A stretch of 62,077 nucleotides of DNA, counting the filler. It is 14 parts of 14 records of this genome, joined end to end, with 100 filler letters (N's around TTAATTAATTAA, not from the genome) between each part and the next. Parts side by side here need not be neighbours in the genome. Positions count along the whole stretch, not along the records: positions 60,030 to 62,077 come from SRR11831586_226; 13 more parts are not named here. One strand, given 5' to 3'. The translations under genes were made by a program, and so were the position numbers. Position 1 is the first letter of the stretch. Each line of letters opens with the position of its first letter. Shown one piece after another: positions 60,030-62,077 of the stretch. The notes under the pieces are model-generated. The model was not told where the DNA came from, made no database searches, and was given only the letters and a program-made list of their open reading frames with translations.

Positions 60030-61656
60030 GGCCTCTCGACGAGCAGATGCAGCAGCAGTGCCGCCACGAAGATGAGCAGCACGTTCTCGATGTAGTACTC
60101 GAGCCAGCGCCAGAACAGCGGCTCCACGATGGGCCGCAGGGCCATGTGCAGGCTGATGGCCGACACCGAGAGCAGGTACATCGAGTACGACAGCGCCGCC
60201 ACCACCGCCAGCACGCGCGCACTCATCGCCCACCGGTACGCCCGCATCACCGCATGCGGCACCGCGCCGTCCGCCCGCGTGACCGTGAGCGCGGCGAAGA
60301 GCAGCGTGGCCAGGGCCAGCGCAAACAGCGGCGTGTCGATGCTCATCCACAGCACGCGCGCGGGGCCGGGCCGAGGCTGTTGGTGGCCGGGTCCAGGCAC
60401 ACCACCGCCGCCATGCACGCCAGCGCCAGCACCAGCACGCACACCCACATCGCGGCGGCCCAGCGCGGCGGCACGTAGCTGTAGGTGTTGTGCATGTCCG
60501 GCTGCAGCACAAAGTGGAACCACATGCACACCAGTGCGCCGCACAGGTACGGCACCAGGCGCGTGTACATCTTGTCGTACAGGATGTCCATCACTGCGGC
60601 CGGCGCGGGCACCGTGTACAGCGCGTAGCCCACCACCAGGCCCACGCGCAGCACCACACACGCCAGCACGCCGCCGCCCATGCCCAGCGCACACGCGCGC
60701 GGCCAGCGGGTGGCGCACCAGGCCAGCAGCGGCGTGAACAGGTAGAACTGCATCTCGACGGCGATGGACCAGGAGTGCGTCATGCACTGCTGCGCAAAGG
60801 GCACGACCATGTTCTGCAGGAAGAGCAGGTTGGCCCACCCCCAGCGGTTGCAGTCGTCCGAGCGCACCGCAGGCACCGTGCTGACCAGCGTCCACTCCAG
60901 GGCCAGCGCCACCACGTACGCAGGCACGATGCGCAGCAGGCGCCGCACAAAGAAGCGCCCCACAGAGAGCGACCCTGTGCGGCGCCACTCGCCCAGCAGC
61001 ACGTGCATGATCAGGAAGCCGCTCAGCACGAAGAACATGTCCACGCCCAGGGAGCCAGCCACCTACACAAGCATCCACAGACCCACAGTGAGCTAATGTT
61101 GTGTTTTTCGACGTGGTAACACATTTTGCCGCGCGAGTACACTCGCAATTTTTCATATTGTACACTACCGGGTACGGTCATTCCACCTGAAATCACTCTC
61201 GAGCACAGGTGCGCGTACCACAAATCGAAACACCCACGACCTGGCCGCTTCAACGTATCGGTGCGACCCTATCCCGTTCCTTGTGTCCAGCAGCGTGTGA
61301 AACATAATTACCCACAGTACGCCGGTGGCTCGAATGCCGTCCAGAAAAGCGAGGTCGCGGGCACCGCCGTCTTTGGACTGTGAGCGGAAACTGCAGAACA
61401 GAGAGCGGAGATTCGCCACGGGATTAAACGCGGTACGAATGGTCTGCAGCAGTGTCGTTCCACGCGCAGACTCTGGCGTCTTCGTGAGTGCGTCGCTCTC
61501 GTTGCTTCCGTTCGCTAAGCCTGTGGGCACAGAATTGTGCTGATGCGGAGGATGAAGACGCAATTTACTTGCGACTGGGTTATCCCCCTGCGCGTCCGAG
61601 TTGGAGGATATGTTTGAAGCTGGCCCCTGCCGATCTGGGAATGTTCCGTAACTCAT
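60030..61656 (-). CDS. Eukaryotic acyltransferase-3 (OafA/NRF-6-like) membrane O-acyltransferase; intron 61218-61063; frameshift near 60363; 3'-truncated
   Basis: FLDGIRATGVLWVIMFH, LGVDMFFVLSGFLI, RRLLRIVP, HSWSIAVEMQFY, SYSMYL, LLVER. Confidence 0.85.
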
Positions 61657-62077
61657 CCCCCAATCCTTTGCTCCCGATCACACTCGCGAGAAGCGCTCCT
61701 CATCTTTCGAGTAATTGTGCGAATCACGCACTGGTGCGAGCACACTGCCACTCTGCATCTCTCTGCGGCCTAGCAGCATCGTGCCTTTTTACGGAACCCG
61801 AAACGGGATATAGTTGACCCTTTCAGCGTCCGCATTTGGACGGCGTGTGCGTCTGTGGACGTTTCGATCAACTCGATCGATCATGAATGCTTATGCTCGA
61901 TTCTTATGAGTAGATACGAGTTGGTGGGTGAAAGCGGCGATCCTGCTGGTGCATGGATCCGTACCCGTTTGCTGTGACGAGAATATGAGAGTGATGTCGG
62001 GAAAACGTACCGGATTCTTCATCATAGGCGCGCTTGCGGTCATGTATGGTGCGCTGCTTGCTTCGGTAGGATCTCTC

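Noticed and set aside
59974-61165. Several long overlapping ORFs on both strands (for example 395 aa, 209 aa, 202 aa)
   Set aside because: Shadow ORFs caused by extreme GC3 in the AT3 exon; only the frames with AT3 motifs are credible.

Overview
This window is not one contiguous locus. It is 14 unrelated contigs (about 2-11 kb each) joined by 13 identical artificial 100-bp spacers (N44-TTAATTAATTAA-N44, stops in all six frames). Nine contigs are Escherichia coli K-12-type chromosome from widely separated map positions: ybaQ-ybaP-chiX-ybaK-ushA; betTIBA-ykgH-ykgEFG; yfiL-aroF-tyrA; KpLE2 yjgZ-IS4; glyQ-xyl operons; atoS-rcsC; acpT-yhhTS-dcrB-yhhQ-tusA; folK-pcnB-gluQ-dksA-sfsA-thpR-hrpB; uvrC-uvrY-yecF. 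Five contigs come from an intron-containing eukaryote using the standard code, GT-AG introns and CA microsatellites. They encode a PDK1 kinase, the 3' end of a SPAG17/PF6-like flagellar central-pair gene, an armadillo-like protein, a coiled-coil protein, an acyltransferase-3, and two tandem paralogous cysteine-rich secreted proteins. The simplest reading is an unplaced-contig bin of a flagellated protist assembly contaminated by food or cloning-host E. coli. The E. coli part is well-known biology, apart from strain markers (an IS10/Tn10 outer end next to betT, GlyQ A48, UvrC H24) and probable homopolymer errors. The best novelty candidate is the eukaryotic tandem gene family with bacterial-type 'E-x-C-D-G-x-D-N-D-C-N-G-x-V-D' (MopE-like) repeats. 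Its repeats are all split by phase-1 introns at the same position, and one copy is capped by a PAN/apple-like domain. No CRISPR array or new prokaryotic defence system is supported. Gene identities come from recognition of sequences, not database searches.
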